Shown here piece after piece: positions 20,031-29,988 of a stretch of DNA of 64,000 bases. Position numbers and translations under genes: made by a program. The DNA comes from a bacterium (lineage in GTDB: Bacteria > UBA8248 > JACPRG01 > G963555815). The notes beneath the pieces are model-generated. The model had not been told where the DNA came from. It worked only from the letters and a program-made list of their open reading frames with translations, and ran no database searches. Within the stretch, counting starts at the first letter, position 1; every line of letters begins with the position of its first letter. The DNA lies in assembly GCA_965261595.1 (NCBI GenBank), contig CBDHDG010000006.1, positions 1,152,001 to 1,216,000 on the forward strand, in the 5' to 3' direction.

Positions 20031-21347
20031 ATGACCAGGTCGTTGGCGATACGCGGCGCCACGCTTGTGACGCTGGATCCAGAGATCGGGGTCGTCCCGG
20101 ACGGACTTCTCGTTCTGGAGGACGGCCGAATCCGCGAGGTCGGGGAGGATCCCGGCGCGGACCCGCGGGCCGATGACTTCATCGACGGACGCGGGCTCAT
20201 CGCCCTGCCCGGCTTTGTCAACGCCCACATGCACACCCGCCCCGTCCGCGCCCTCGGCGACGAGCTCCCCGTCCCCGAGTGGCACGCCCGGTACGCCGAC
20301 GGCGTCAGCGTCCTCATGGACGACGAGGACTCCCGCAAGGGCGCTCTGTTGGCCTTCTCGGAATGCCTCCTCGCGGGCTATACGTCGGCGCTGGCCATGC
20401 CGGTGAAGCCGCAGGGCTGTTTTCGCGGGGCGGTCGAGATCGGCATCCGGGCCGGGGTCGCCCCACACACGGCGGACCAGCCGCTGATCGAAGGGTCATG
20501 CGACACCATCGAGGACAACGCCCGACTGATCGAGACGTGCGGCGTCTCCGCGGACGAGCGGGTCCATTCGTGGCTGGGCTTCGACGTCCTGGCGGGTTGC
20601 AGCGACGGGATGATCCGCGGGATGCGACAGACCGCCGGCCGGTTCGGCGTCCGCGTGCACGGCCACATGAGCGAGCACCGGGGAGAGGTCGGCTACGCCC
20701 TCGAACGGTGGGGGAAAAGACCCCCCGCCGCCTTGGAAGACCTGGGCCTCCTCGGTCCCGATCTGGTCCTGGCCCACTGCGTCAAGACCGACCGGGACGA
20801 CATCGAGGCCCTTGCGCGCACGGACACGAAGGTCGTCCACAATCCCGTTTCGAACATGAAGTTCGGCAGCGGGGGCGCGCCGGTCGCGGCGATGCTGGAA
20901 GCGGGCGTCACCGTCGCCCTCGGCACGGACGGGATGCTCTCGACCTACCGTCTCGACCCCTTCGAGACCATGCGCCAGGCATTGAATCTCCAGCGGCTCC
21001 TGGCGGAGGACGCGACCGCCCTCCTGACAGAAAAGGCCCTGGAGATGACCACCCTCCAAGGGAATCGGGCGCTCGGCTTCGACGGGGGCAGGCTTCGCCC
21101 GGGCCTGAACGCCGATGTGGTTCTCATCGACTCCCGGCGGCTTCAATGGACGCCCCGGGCGCGGGGAACCCACGACAACCTGATCGCCCTGCTCGTTTGG
21201 TCGGCCTCCGCGGCGGACGTGGACACGGTGATCGTGGATGGAACGGTGGCTGTTCGGAACCACACCCTGACGCTCGTGGATGAAGAGGTCGTCCGCCGGG
21301 AGGCCCAGGAAGCCTCCGATCGCCTCCTGGAGCGGCTGATTGTCTGA
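20031..21347 (+). CDS. Amidohydrolase (MTA/SAH deaminase-like family)
   Basis: LPGFVNAHMH, HMSE, AHCV, HNPVSNMK, LGTDG. Confidence 0.92.
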   Translation: MTRSLAIRGATLVTLDPEIGVVPDGLLVLEDGRIREVGEDPGADPRADDFIDGRGLIALPGFVNAHMHTRPVRALGDELPVPEWHARYADGVSVLMDDEDSRKGALLAFSECLLAGYTSALAMPVKPQGCFRGAVEIGIRAGVAPHTADQPLIEGSCDTIEDNARLIETCGVSADERVHSWLGFDVLAGCSDGMIRGMRQTAGRFGVRVHGHMSEHRGEVGYALERWGKRPPAALEDLGLLGPDLVLAHCVKTDRDDIEALARTDTKVVHNPVSNMKFGSGGAPVAAMLEAGVTVALGTDGMLSTYRLDPFETMRQALNLQRLLAEDATALLTEKALEMTTLQGNRALGFDGGRLRPGLNADVVLIDSRRLQWTPRARGTHDNLIALLVWSASAADVDTVIVDGTVAVRNHTLTLVDEEVVRREAQEASDRLLERLIV

Positions 21348-21562
21348 TCCCCTAACCTGGATTTCGGACAAAGAGGAGATGCCAGCCTTGTTTCATTCTG
21401 ACAACTTGTTTTTGATCAGCCGGTTGCCGGAAGCGAACAGAACGACAAGGCCGGAACACCGTGTCATTCACGGAAGTGCCACATTCAATCGCGGTGTAGC
21501 GTTGGAGGCGCTCAGAGGAACAGGTCTTGGATGACCCTTGGGAGGGTTCGGGGCGTCCCCGC

Positions 21563-22073
21563 TCATGGGGCCAGGAGGGCCTGAAGCTCGGAGGTCAGGG
21601 TCCGGGCGGAGGTCGGGCCAAAATGCTCCCCGGCCACAACTCCCAGCTTGTCTACGAGAACGAACTTGGGGACAAACCAGACGCGGTATGTATCCTTGGC
21701 CCAGGTGTGAGCGACTGAGATCCGAGCCGGGTCGATGATGACGACATTGGCCCGACCGCCGAAGCGCCTCCTGTGCTCAGACATGGGCTCAACAGAGCGC
21801 AGGCAGACGTTGCAGAGGTGGTCGATGAAGGATGAGGGTGGGCCAGCCCTCCCCCACGAGTTGCCGCAGGCGATAAGGGTCCTTCTCCTCGATGGCCACC
21901 AGACGGCGGGCCATCCCCTCCAGATCAAAAGAAGTCCGCTGACCATAGAGGGGCGCCGCGCCCATCGCCGCGCAAAAGGCCGCGAGGCCCAAACACCCCT
22001 TCAGGACCCCGCTCCATTCCCCGAAATGTCTTCTCACCCCCGGCGTCTCTCCTATCGCCTGCGGGCGCGTCAC
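21563..22073 (-). pseudogene. Thioredoxin-fold CxxC protein, frameshifted near 21830
   Basis: Signal-like N-part in one frame; FIDHLCNVC...WFVPKFVLVD in another. Confidence 0.6.
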
Positions 22074-24323
22074 TTGCCCATCGGGGCGATCTCTACGATC
22101 GCCTTGAGGTCCGAGTCGATGGTGAAGCGGATGCGGTCCCCCGGCTGGAGACCCTTGAGGAGCCCAGCCGGTTTCACCGGATAGCCCATGATCATCGCGG
22201 CCATAAAGCCCGGGATCTCCTTGTGGTCCACGACGATCTGGCTCTTGCGCATGTCGGCCAGGATGACCTTCCCCTCGCCCCTGAAGGTGAGGGGGGTGAT
22301 CTTCACGATGGCTTTCCGGTCGGCATCGATGGTGAAGCGAATCCGGGCGCCCGCTTCGAGGCCCTTGAGGAGCTTGGCAGGCTTGACCGGATAGCCCATG
22401 ATCATCTCGGCCATGAAGCCCGGGATCTCTTTGTGGTCCACGACGATCTGGCTCTTGCGCATGTCCGCCAGGATCACCTTCCCCACGCCCTCGAAGAGGC
22501 GACCGGCGGCGGCCACCCGCTCTTCTTTGGGCTCCCCGCCCTTTCCGACGATAAACGTCCCCTCCATCCCCATCTTCTGGTGGGTGTGGACGTGGCAGTG
22601 AAACTCCAGCGTGATGTCCTCATCGGGGGTGATGAACCGGGCGGTCCGCACACCGGGGCCTCGGAACTCCAGCATGAACATGGGGTTGAGGCCGGGGATC
22701 ATGAGGGCGTGGCGGACGGCGTCCTTGTTCTCCAGGACAACCTCCACCTCCTCGCACCGGCCGAGGCGGATCTCCTTGGGCTCAAAACCGACGACCTCCC
22801 CCTCGCCCGCGAATTCAACCCCTCCCTTCACGTAAATCCGGCGGAAACCCCGGGGCTTCTCACAGGAGCGGGCCACGGGCCGATGCTCCTCCAGGAGCCG
22901 CTGCCGTTCCGTGACTTTTGGCGTCTCGTCTCCGGCGTTGTCGGAGCGATGCCCGCGCCTCTCGCCCGGGGCATTTCCCTCTCCTTTTTTGGGGGTGAGA
23001 GCCGTGGGGCTTCGGTTTGGCCTCCTTGCCCCATCCTTTTTCGTGCTCGGCGAAGGTTGAGTGAAAGATGGACGGGTCAAAGACGGGGACCTTGCCTCGG
23101 TAGTAATCGGGGTCAAAGAAGCGGTCGAGAGACGTGGCGACAAGGGGCAGGCCGTCTGGACCGATGAACTTCTCATAGGCGATGATCGTCAGGTCCCCGC
23201 CCGGGGAGATCCCCTTGTTCGTCACCCTCTCCTCGGTATGGTCGTGCATCACCCAGACGCCGGGCCCCGAGGCATAGGTATCGTCGGGTGTGGTGCGCAA
23301 CTCTAAGTCTATCCGCTGCGCGGGGGATATGGTGAAGACATCTCGGGCGATCCGCGCGGACTCCGGCACGGGATAGCCGTCCACGTGGGTCAGGATGGGA
23401 TGGTGGCCGTGTGTGTGCAGGGCGATGGTCCGCGCCCCGGCGTTCAGGATGCGGAGCTTGACCCGCTCGTTCGGCTTCACCTTGATCAGGGTGTCCCGGA
23501 GGGTGAAGGGAAAGGAGCGGCCGTTGAGCATGAAGATGTTGGGCTGCCGCTTTGTCGAGTCATACTCCCGGTGCATCTTCTTCTCGATCTGCCGGGGGTC
23601 ATCGTACTTCGTGGGCATGTCGTTGAGGCGGTCGTCGATGTCCGTGTTGACCAGGGAGCACTCCCGGTCGTAGCGCTCCGCCTGGGCCTTGGCCAGATCC
23701 TTGATCTCTCCGGCGCCCACAATGAGGTGGCGGAAGTTGTCGTTGGGCCGGTTGGGCTCAATGATGAACATCCCGACCAGGCCCATCAGGACGTGGACGT
23801 CGGGCTGAACGTGGCAGTGGTACCAGTGGGTGCCGGGGTTCTTGGCGACGAAATCATAGGTGAACTGGTCGCCGGGTCTTACCGCCTCCTGCGTGATGGT
23901 GGGAACGCCGTCCATGGCGTTGGGGTGGATGGTCCCGTGAGGATGGATGGTGTGGGGGAAGTAGTGGGTGTTCCGCAGGTGGATCTTGATCCGGTCTCCC
24001 TGCTCGACCCGGATGGTCGGGCTGGGGAACCGGGCCGCAGAGACCATCCCCTTCCCTTCGGGGGCGAAGACCCAGAAGGTGACGAACTTGCCGGGATAGA
24101 CCTCCTCCTGGACCTCGATGACCTCCAGGTTGATGGTGACCTCGTCGGGGTCTCCGTCACCGTCCAGGTCGCGCCCGAGAACAACGGCCTCCTTCGACAT
24201 CCCCGGGATCGGGGGCTCGATAAAGGCTGGGAGATCCTTGGAAGCGCCCGCCGGAGCCGGGAAAAACAGAAACAATGACAAAGAAAACAAGACCGTCCAC
24301 AGCCACGTCCGCGGGAATCTCAC
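22070..24323 (-). pseudogene. Two-domain multicopper oxidase + cupredoxin + 2x CusF-like fusion, frameshift near 22990
   Basis: HTIHPHG, WYHCHV...H..M, LHTHGH, WVMHDH; then FHCHVHTHQKMGMEG and two VVDHKEIPGFM..MIMGY domains; frame change at a T6G5 run. Confidence 0.85.
22082..22490 (-). repeat. 210-bp-period tandem duplication encoding two CusF-like domains
   Basis: GKVILADMRKSQIVVDHKEIPGFMA.MIMGYPVKPA.LLKGL occurs twice. Confidence 0.9.
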
Positions 24324-24420
24324 GGCCTCTCCCTCCTCCGCAACATTTCGCCCCTCCCCCAGGATTGCCCTCCTGGAAAAGCGCGTCGGGTCCGGTAGCC
24401 GTACCCCCCCCATATTTTTT

Positions 24421-24978
24421 CTATTTCACGGTTTCAATCGCGACGATCTTCTTTTTGGCGGCGTCAATCTTGAACTTGACCCGGTCGCCCGGCTTGAAGC
24501 CCTTCAGGAGGGCCTTGGACTCCACCGCGTATCCCATCCCCTCGTAAATGCCCTTAGTCGCCATCTCCATTTTCATCCCGGGTTTCATCTTCATGCCCGG
24601 CTTCATCTTCATCTGGGCTTTCATTTTCATCCGGCCTGGGGCCTTTGCGCTCATTTTGCCTGCCATGACCTCTGCGGCGTAGGCGTACCCTATGGCGGCC
24701 TTGGCCTTCGCGACGGCGCGGGCGTGGTCATAGGCCCCCTGGGGCTTTTTGTGGTTATGAATGCCGCTCGTCAGCAACATCTTCGCGTCATCGATGAGGG
24801 TGTGGTCAAGCTGCATGTTCCGCCCCATTGACATTTGTTTCATGGCCGCCGTGGCCTTTGCAATCGCCGCCTTCGCGTCTTTGAAACGGGCGGGGCACTC
24901 AAAGGCGATCGCTGTTGAAGCAAAACCGAACGCCAAAAACACTCCGACAACGATTCCTGCGATGATCCGGGTTTTTAT
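24421..24978 (-). pseudogene. Met/Lys-rich periplasmic copper-binding protein with truncated CusF-like domain
   Basis: Signal peptide begins at ATA (lost ATG); MKMKPG repeats; EG|MGY lacks the H/M ligand segment present in the neighbouring CusF repeats. Confidence 0.7.
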
Positions 24979-25647
24979 TTTGTTTCCCCACTTGGTGTCA
25001 AAAGATTGTCGGGATGGAGCTTCTGGAGGGCCCCTGCCCTCTGAACAAGCGGCAGCGGTGTTTCGAAGCGCTACAGGAAGCCCACAATACCGTTGGAGGA
25101 GGTGGCGGTCTGAAGGAAAGGCGCTGCCGAGGCCGCTAATTAGATCAACCAGAGCCAGTCTATTTAATTCTCCCTGTCGAGATGGAAGACGAGGTGCACC
25201 CTCCACTTGTGCCTTCGTCTCCGGCTTCGTGGTAACCGGCAAAGGGTATTTCCAACGCGCCCAGCAACAGCAAGAACAGGAGAGCACCGAGAATGATCTT
25301 CATTCCAGACTTCCCCCAATTCGCGAATGTGGGCGAGCGGTGGACGCTCGTAGCAGCCCTTCTCGGCTGGTATGGGTCATCCTCGACGGTCGGAGGGTCG
25401 CGGCCCTTGGTCTTGAATCCTTTGCTTAACCGGAATTTCCCATATCAACTTGCTTGCGTGGTTTCCGGTCCCCTTTCCCGATGAAAACCATTTGATCCCC
25501 TTCCAATGGGCTTGTCAACAGCCTTCCAACCCTCCGTAACAGGGGGCTGACGGCCATCGGCTGGCCCAAAGGGCGGACCCTCGCCCTTCGGTCTCCTTTG
25601 TCCACTTTCATTCCGGCCTTCATCTTCATGGCCGGTTTCATTTTTTT

Positions 25648-26555
25648 CGGAATTATGTACTTGACGCAGACGACCACAACATGTAGATCGTCCCCGCGTC
25701 TCGGCTGACCACAAGATGTAGGGGCATGCTTCAACTCAAGTCATGGTGGAGTTGGATTCGCAATTATGCGCTTGACTCAACCGAAGAGGGATCATACAAT
25801 GACTGAATCATGCTCAATTGGCTTCGCAAAGTCGCCCTCTTTTTGGCGGGTGAATTACTGCGGAGCTGGATATGGCCCATTGCGGTCACGGCGGCTGGCG
25901 TCATGATCGGTTTTGCGCAACATATCCAGTTGTTCAACCTATATGTTGGAGCGGTCATTCTGTTTTCAGTTTCCTCTATGGGATTGTTGCGATTCAGCGA
26001 ATGGCGGTATCGTAATAGAGTTGCGGATATGCTTAACTTTCATAGTGTGAGAACTGACAGAATAATCGACAAAGCTGGTGTAGTAAAATCACTGCGGATT
26101 GGTGCTACGTTTAACAACAAAGCTCTTTTCCCGGTGACATTTGAGGTTGTAAATGTCGTCTCAACATTTGATAAGTTGTACCCGACAAAAGAGCCATATG
26201 CCAAGAATAGCTATACCATCCCTGCAGGAGGGATGGGGTGGTTTGACGATCACTACATATCCTATAGAGCAGAAGAGAAGCGGCGTTTTTGAGGGCGGTC
26301 TTGAATTTGAGTTTAAGTACGGAAGAAAAGGAAAAACCAACAACACATTGCATATAAACAAAAAGTTGTTTTTACACTTCAATGAAAAGGGCGATATTCA
26401 GCGCGTGGATTTTATCGATCAATGAAACCGAACGATCTGATAGAGCGCATCTTCTGGAAACGGATCGATGGAAGCATGCCCCTACATCTTGTGGTCAGCC
26501 GAGACGCGGGCGCGACCTACATGTTGTGGTCGTCTGTGTCAAGTATATAAATACG
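25648..26555. mobile_element. Transposase-free IS1595-like cassette B (908 bp)
   Basis: 85-bp IRs (about 78/85) at 25648-25732 and 26471-26555; 8-bp TSD attttttt at 25640-25647 and 26556-26563. Confidence 0.92.
25810..26425 (+). CDS. Cassette B passenger: low-GC membrane-anchored hypothetical protein, frameshift near 26260
   Basis: Two N-terminal TM segments then a beta-rich domain; continues as PIEQKRSGVFEGGLEFEFKYG in a second frame. Confidence 0.65.
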
Positions 26556-26564
26556 ATTTTTTTA

Positions 26565-27464
26565 GGTGATTGTAAAAGATATGACACCGGATTAGGCTGG
26601 TGTCGTGGACCTGAAGAGCTTTGAAGTCCTTGTAAAATCGGAAGCTACAGCGAGACGCCATCTGCTCATGGCGTGTCAGAAAAACGGGCGTAAAATCTGC
26701 CCTCGTTGTGAGGGTCGAAAACGCTACGTTTTGGGCACGCGGGGGCGCTTTCGCTGCGCTGGGTGTCGGTACACCTTCGGGCCGTTCACGGGCCGCTGGC
26801 TGGGCCAACTTCGCCTCTCGGCCCGGCAGTGGCTTTGGGTGGTGAAGCTCTTTGAGCTGGAGGTCTCGGCCCGCAAGATGGCCCAGCAACTCGCCGTGAG
26901 CTATCCGACAGCGCTGCGGGCCGTGACGACGCTCAGGCGCAGTCTTGTGGCCGGCACGCCGGGGGGACAGGAGCTTCTTCGAGGGGAGGTGGAGGCGGAC
27001 GAGGCCTACTTCGGGGGCAAGCGCAAGGGCAAGAGAGGCCGAGGCGCAGCGGGTAAAGTCCCTGTTTTCGGCATATTGGAGCGGGGCGGCCGGGTGAAGG
27101 TGGAGGCGGTCGGCAACGTCAAGGCCCAGACCCTTTTGGCCTCCACCGTGAAGTTGGTCCGTCGGGGCAGCGTGGTCTACACCGACCGCTACCGGGTCTA
27201 TGACGCCCTGATGTTCTGCGGCTATCGCCACTTGCGGGTGGATCATGATCGGCGCTTCAGTCGGGGCAAAGTGCACATCAACGGCCTGGAAGGCTTTTGG
27301 GCCTACGCCAAGGAGAGGCTCATCAAACATCATGGGGTGTCCAAAGAGCGGTTCCCCCTCTACCTGAAGGAGATGGAATTCCGTTACAATCACCGACACC
27401 AGGATCTCTTTCCCCTGGTGGTACAACATCTCACTCAATTGGTGTCAAAACCTTTATAATCCCC
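26565..27464 (+). mobile_element. IS1595-family IS (900 bp)
   Basis: 24-bp IRs ggtgattgtaaaagatatgacacc / ggggattataaaggttttgacacc (19/24); TSD ttttttta/ttctttta (7/8). Confidence 0.9.
26605..27459 (+). CDS. IS1595-family transposase
   Basis: CPRC...CAGC, EVEADEAYFGG, KRGRGA.GK, YTD, HINGLEGFW, EFRYN. Confidence 0.95.
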   Translation: MDLKSFEVLVKSEATARRHLLMACQKNGRKICPRCEGRKRYVLGTRGRFRCAGCRYTFGPFTGRWLGQLRLSARQWLWVVKLFELEVSARKMAQQLAVSYPTALRAVTTLRRSLVAGTPGGQELLRGEVEADEAYFGGKRKGKRGRGAAGKVPVFGILERGGRVKVEAVGNVKAQTLLASTVKLVRRGSVVYTDRYRVYDALMFCGYRHLRVDHDRRFSRGKVHINGLEGFWAYAKERLIKHHGVSKERFPLYLKEMEFRYNHRHQDLFPLVVQHLTQLVSKPL

Positions 27465-27916
27465 TTCTTTTATTTGGGCTTATGCAGAGGGCACAACGCC
27501 GAAAACCAAAAACACTCCGACAACCAAACCCGTTGCTTAGCCGTGTTTCATTTCGCTTCTCCCCTGACGGCTGATGAACCACAAATCGGGCGCGCCGCGC
27601 GCACCACAACCCGCGTTCGCCCGGCGGAGTCGGCCGCATCTCCCACGAGCGCGAACGGCATGGCCCCGCAAACGACCGAGGTCACGGCGTTCCGAACGTC
27701 CAACAACTTACCGGACGCAAGACTCGCCATCGGATTCAGCCAATCCCCGCGTCGTCACTCGTCTTGAGCAAGAGAGCGACACCCCCCGGGCATTCCTGCG
27801 CCGCCGTTCGGCCGATCTTTTCCCCCTTATTATTTAACCTCTACCGGGAGTAAGAATTTCCAGACCCACATGCGGCGCAGGAAGTCCTTGTCCGCACCTT
27901 TGAAGGAACCCGGTTC

Positions 27917-28591
27917 CTAGACGTTCTCTATCCGCCGGGCGGACAGCCCCTGGAAAACGTGGAGCATGAACGCCGCCGAGACGACGGGCGCCAGGAGGTT
28001 CAGAAGGGGAACGCTGAACAGAAGGACGATGAGCAGTCCCGCCCCGATGATCCGCACCCGGTTGCCTTTCCGGACTCGGTGAACCGCTCTCTTATCCAGG
28101 CGTCTGATTGCGACGAGCTCGAAGTACTCCCGTCCCAACAAGTAAGCATTGAGCAGATAGGCGGCGACAGGCCCCAGCCCCGGAATCAAGTACACCGGCA
28201 ACGCGATCAGGTTGATCACGACCAGGGCGGCCGTCAACCGGACGACGATGGCGATACTTTCCGAAAGGGGCTGCGCCCGGGTCGGCGGCAAACCGGGGTA
28301 ATGGCGCGACTCGACGGCCGCGAAAATCTTTTCCAGAAACAGCGTCATCATCAGCGTCGCGACGGCGGGGAACAACAGCCATGTCAACACCAAGGCCGAG
28401 AGACCGCCGAGGATGTCGAGGGCGTTGTCGAGCCAACCGATCTTGAAGACGGTGACTTCCGCCAGGATCCACCAAACGCCGGCGATCAGGACGGCGAACA
28501 CGCCGGCCGTGATCAAAATGCCGCGCCGGACCACCTTCCAGCACGACCTTTCCGTTAAGATGGACAAGGCCCGAACGGCCGCGGTCAACAT
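27917..28591 (-). CDS. EI24/CysZ-like membrane protein
   Basis: FLE.I..AVESRHYP, NAYLLGREYFE, VPLLNLLAP. Confidence 0.8.
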   Translation of the reverse strand: MLTAAVRALSILTERSCWKVVRRGILITAGVFAVLIAGVWWILAEVTVFKIGWLDNALDILGGLSALVLTWLLFPAVATLMMTLFLEKIFAAVESRHYPGLPPTRAQPLSESIAIVVRLTAALVVINLIALPVYLIPGLGPVAAYLLNAYLLGREYFELVAIRRLDKRAVHRVRKGNRVRIIGAGLLIVLLFSVPLLNLLAPVVSAAFMLHVFQGLSARRIENV

Positions 28592-28680
28592 CGTCCATTC
28601 CAATCCGGGTAGATCGTCACAGGCTCAATCTCAGAATCCACTTCGTATGGGCGTCCGTGAATGACCCTGGAGATTATCGC

Positions 28681-29943
28681 ATGCCCAACCGCTGGCTCAT
28701 CGTATTCTCCGCCGCGCTGATCAGCCTGGTCGGTTTCGGCAGCCGGGGCGTCTTCGGCGTCGTCTACGTCGAGATGCTGAAGGAGTTCCACTGGGACCGG
28801 GCCGCGTTGGCGGGCGTGTACTCGGTGGGGATGCTCCTGATGGGGTTCGGCGGACCCCTGGCGGGAAGCCTTTCGCGCAAAATCGGGTTCAGGCGGTACT
28901 ATCTGGTAAGCGGACTGCTCGTCGGGTTGACCTTTCTCTTGGCCAGCCGCGTCCAAACGCTCGCGCAGGTGTACTGGACCTACGGCCTGCTCGGCGGGCT
29001 TTCGCTGGCGGCGCTCGGCTTCGGCCCGACGCAGGGACTGGTCGCCCGGTGGTTCGAGACGCGGCGCGGCCTGGCCATCGGGATCGTCGGCGCGGGCGTG
29101 GGCGCTTATCCGCTTCTGGCGCCCCTCGCCCAGCTTCTCATCGACGCCCTCGGATGGCGAAACGCCCTGGTCGCCCTGGGAGTCTTCTTCTTCGCCGTTG
29201 TGACGCTCCTGGGAACCACCCTCATGCGGGAGCCGCCGAAGGAGGCGGGCGACCCGCAATCCTCCGACGCGCCCCGCGAAGGCGCCGCCGCGGGGGGGGG
29301 AGGGGGGGATTGGACGCTGCGCGGGGCCCTGGGAACCGGACCCGTCTGGTTGATCGGCCTGGCGTGGTTCTTCATGGCCGTCTCGATCCATTTCGTGAAC
29401 ACCCACCTCGTCGCCCTGCTGGTCGGGATCGGCCATCCCGCGTTGCTGTCGTCCAGCGTCTTGGCCTCGGTGGGGGTCTTTTCGGTGATCAACCGGGCCG
29501 TGAGCGGGGGGATCTCCGACCGTCTCGGGCGCGTCCGGATTTTTGTCGCGGGCGTCGTCGCGGCGTGCCTGGGCCTGTTGACGCTCTTGTTCCTCCTGAC
29601 AACCGGGGGGGGCGCCGGGGGAGTGGGGTGGTTCTATGCTTTCGCCGTCTTGTTCGGTCTCGGAACGGGGGCGCAGACGACCCAGGTCACGGCGCTGGCG
29701 TCCGATCTCTACCGGGGGCGGTTCTTCGGAAGTATCATCGGTTTTTTGACCATCGGTTTCGGCCTGGGGGGGGCGGTGGGGCCTTGGCTCGGCGGGCTCA
29801 TCTTCGAGTGGACCGGGAGCTACCGCGTTATGATAGGCTGCGTCCTGGCGACCCAGGCGGCCGCGGCGCTCTCCCTGATCGCGGCCGGCCGGTTGGGCCG
29901 GCGCCTCCGCGAACCGTTCCCGGCGGACGCGGGCGCGCGCTGA
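28681..29943 (+). CDS. MFS transporter
   Basis: About 12 hydrophobic segments; RWFETRRGLAIG, G.ISDRLGR. Confidence 0.92.
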   Translation: MPNRWLIVFSAALISLVGFGSRGVFGVVYVEMLKEFHWDRAALAGVYSVGMLLMGFGGPLAGSLSRKIGFRRYYLVSGLLVGLTFLLASRVQTLAQVYWTYGLLGGLSLAALGFGPTQGLVARWFETRRGLAIGIVGAGVGAYPLLAPLAQLLIDALGWRNALVALGVFFFAVVTLLGTTLMREPPKEAGDPQSSDAPREGAAAGGGGGDWTLRGALGTGPVWLIGLAWFFMAVSIHFVNTHLVALLVGIGHPALLSSSVLASVGVFSVINRAVSGGISDRLGRVRIFVAGVVAACLGLLTLLFLLTTGGGAGGVGWFYAFAVLFGLGTGAQTTQVTALASDLYRGRFFGSIIGFLTIGFGLGGAVGPWLGGLIFEWTGSYRVMIGCVLATQAAAALSLIAAGRLGRRLREPFPADAGAR

Positions 29944-29988
29944 CGGCCCCCGCCGCTCACCGAATCGGCAAAGGCATCGAGTAACCCC

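Larger units (their letters stand above)
25600..27551 (-). pseudogene. Second Met/Lys-rich copper protein remnant split by cassette B and IS1595
   Basis: MKHG*ATGLVVGVFLVFGVVPSA*AQIK (27551-27465) continues as KMKPAMKMKAGMK (25647-25600); paralogous to 24421-24978. Confidence 0.7.

Noticed and set aside
24560..24632. Short tandem repeats suggestive of an array
   Set aside because: 18-bp coding repeats (MKMKPG) with no spacers; no CRISPR array or cas genes seen anywhere in the window
25430..25445. ccggaatttcccatat resembling the IS1380 end near 41713-41728
   Set aside because: Isolated 16-mer with no transposase or partner end; at most a scar
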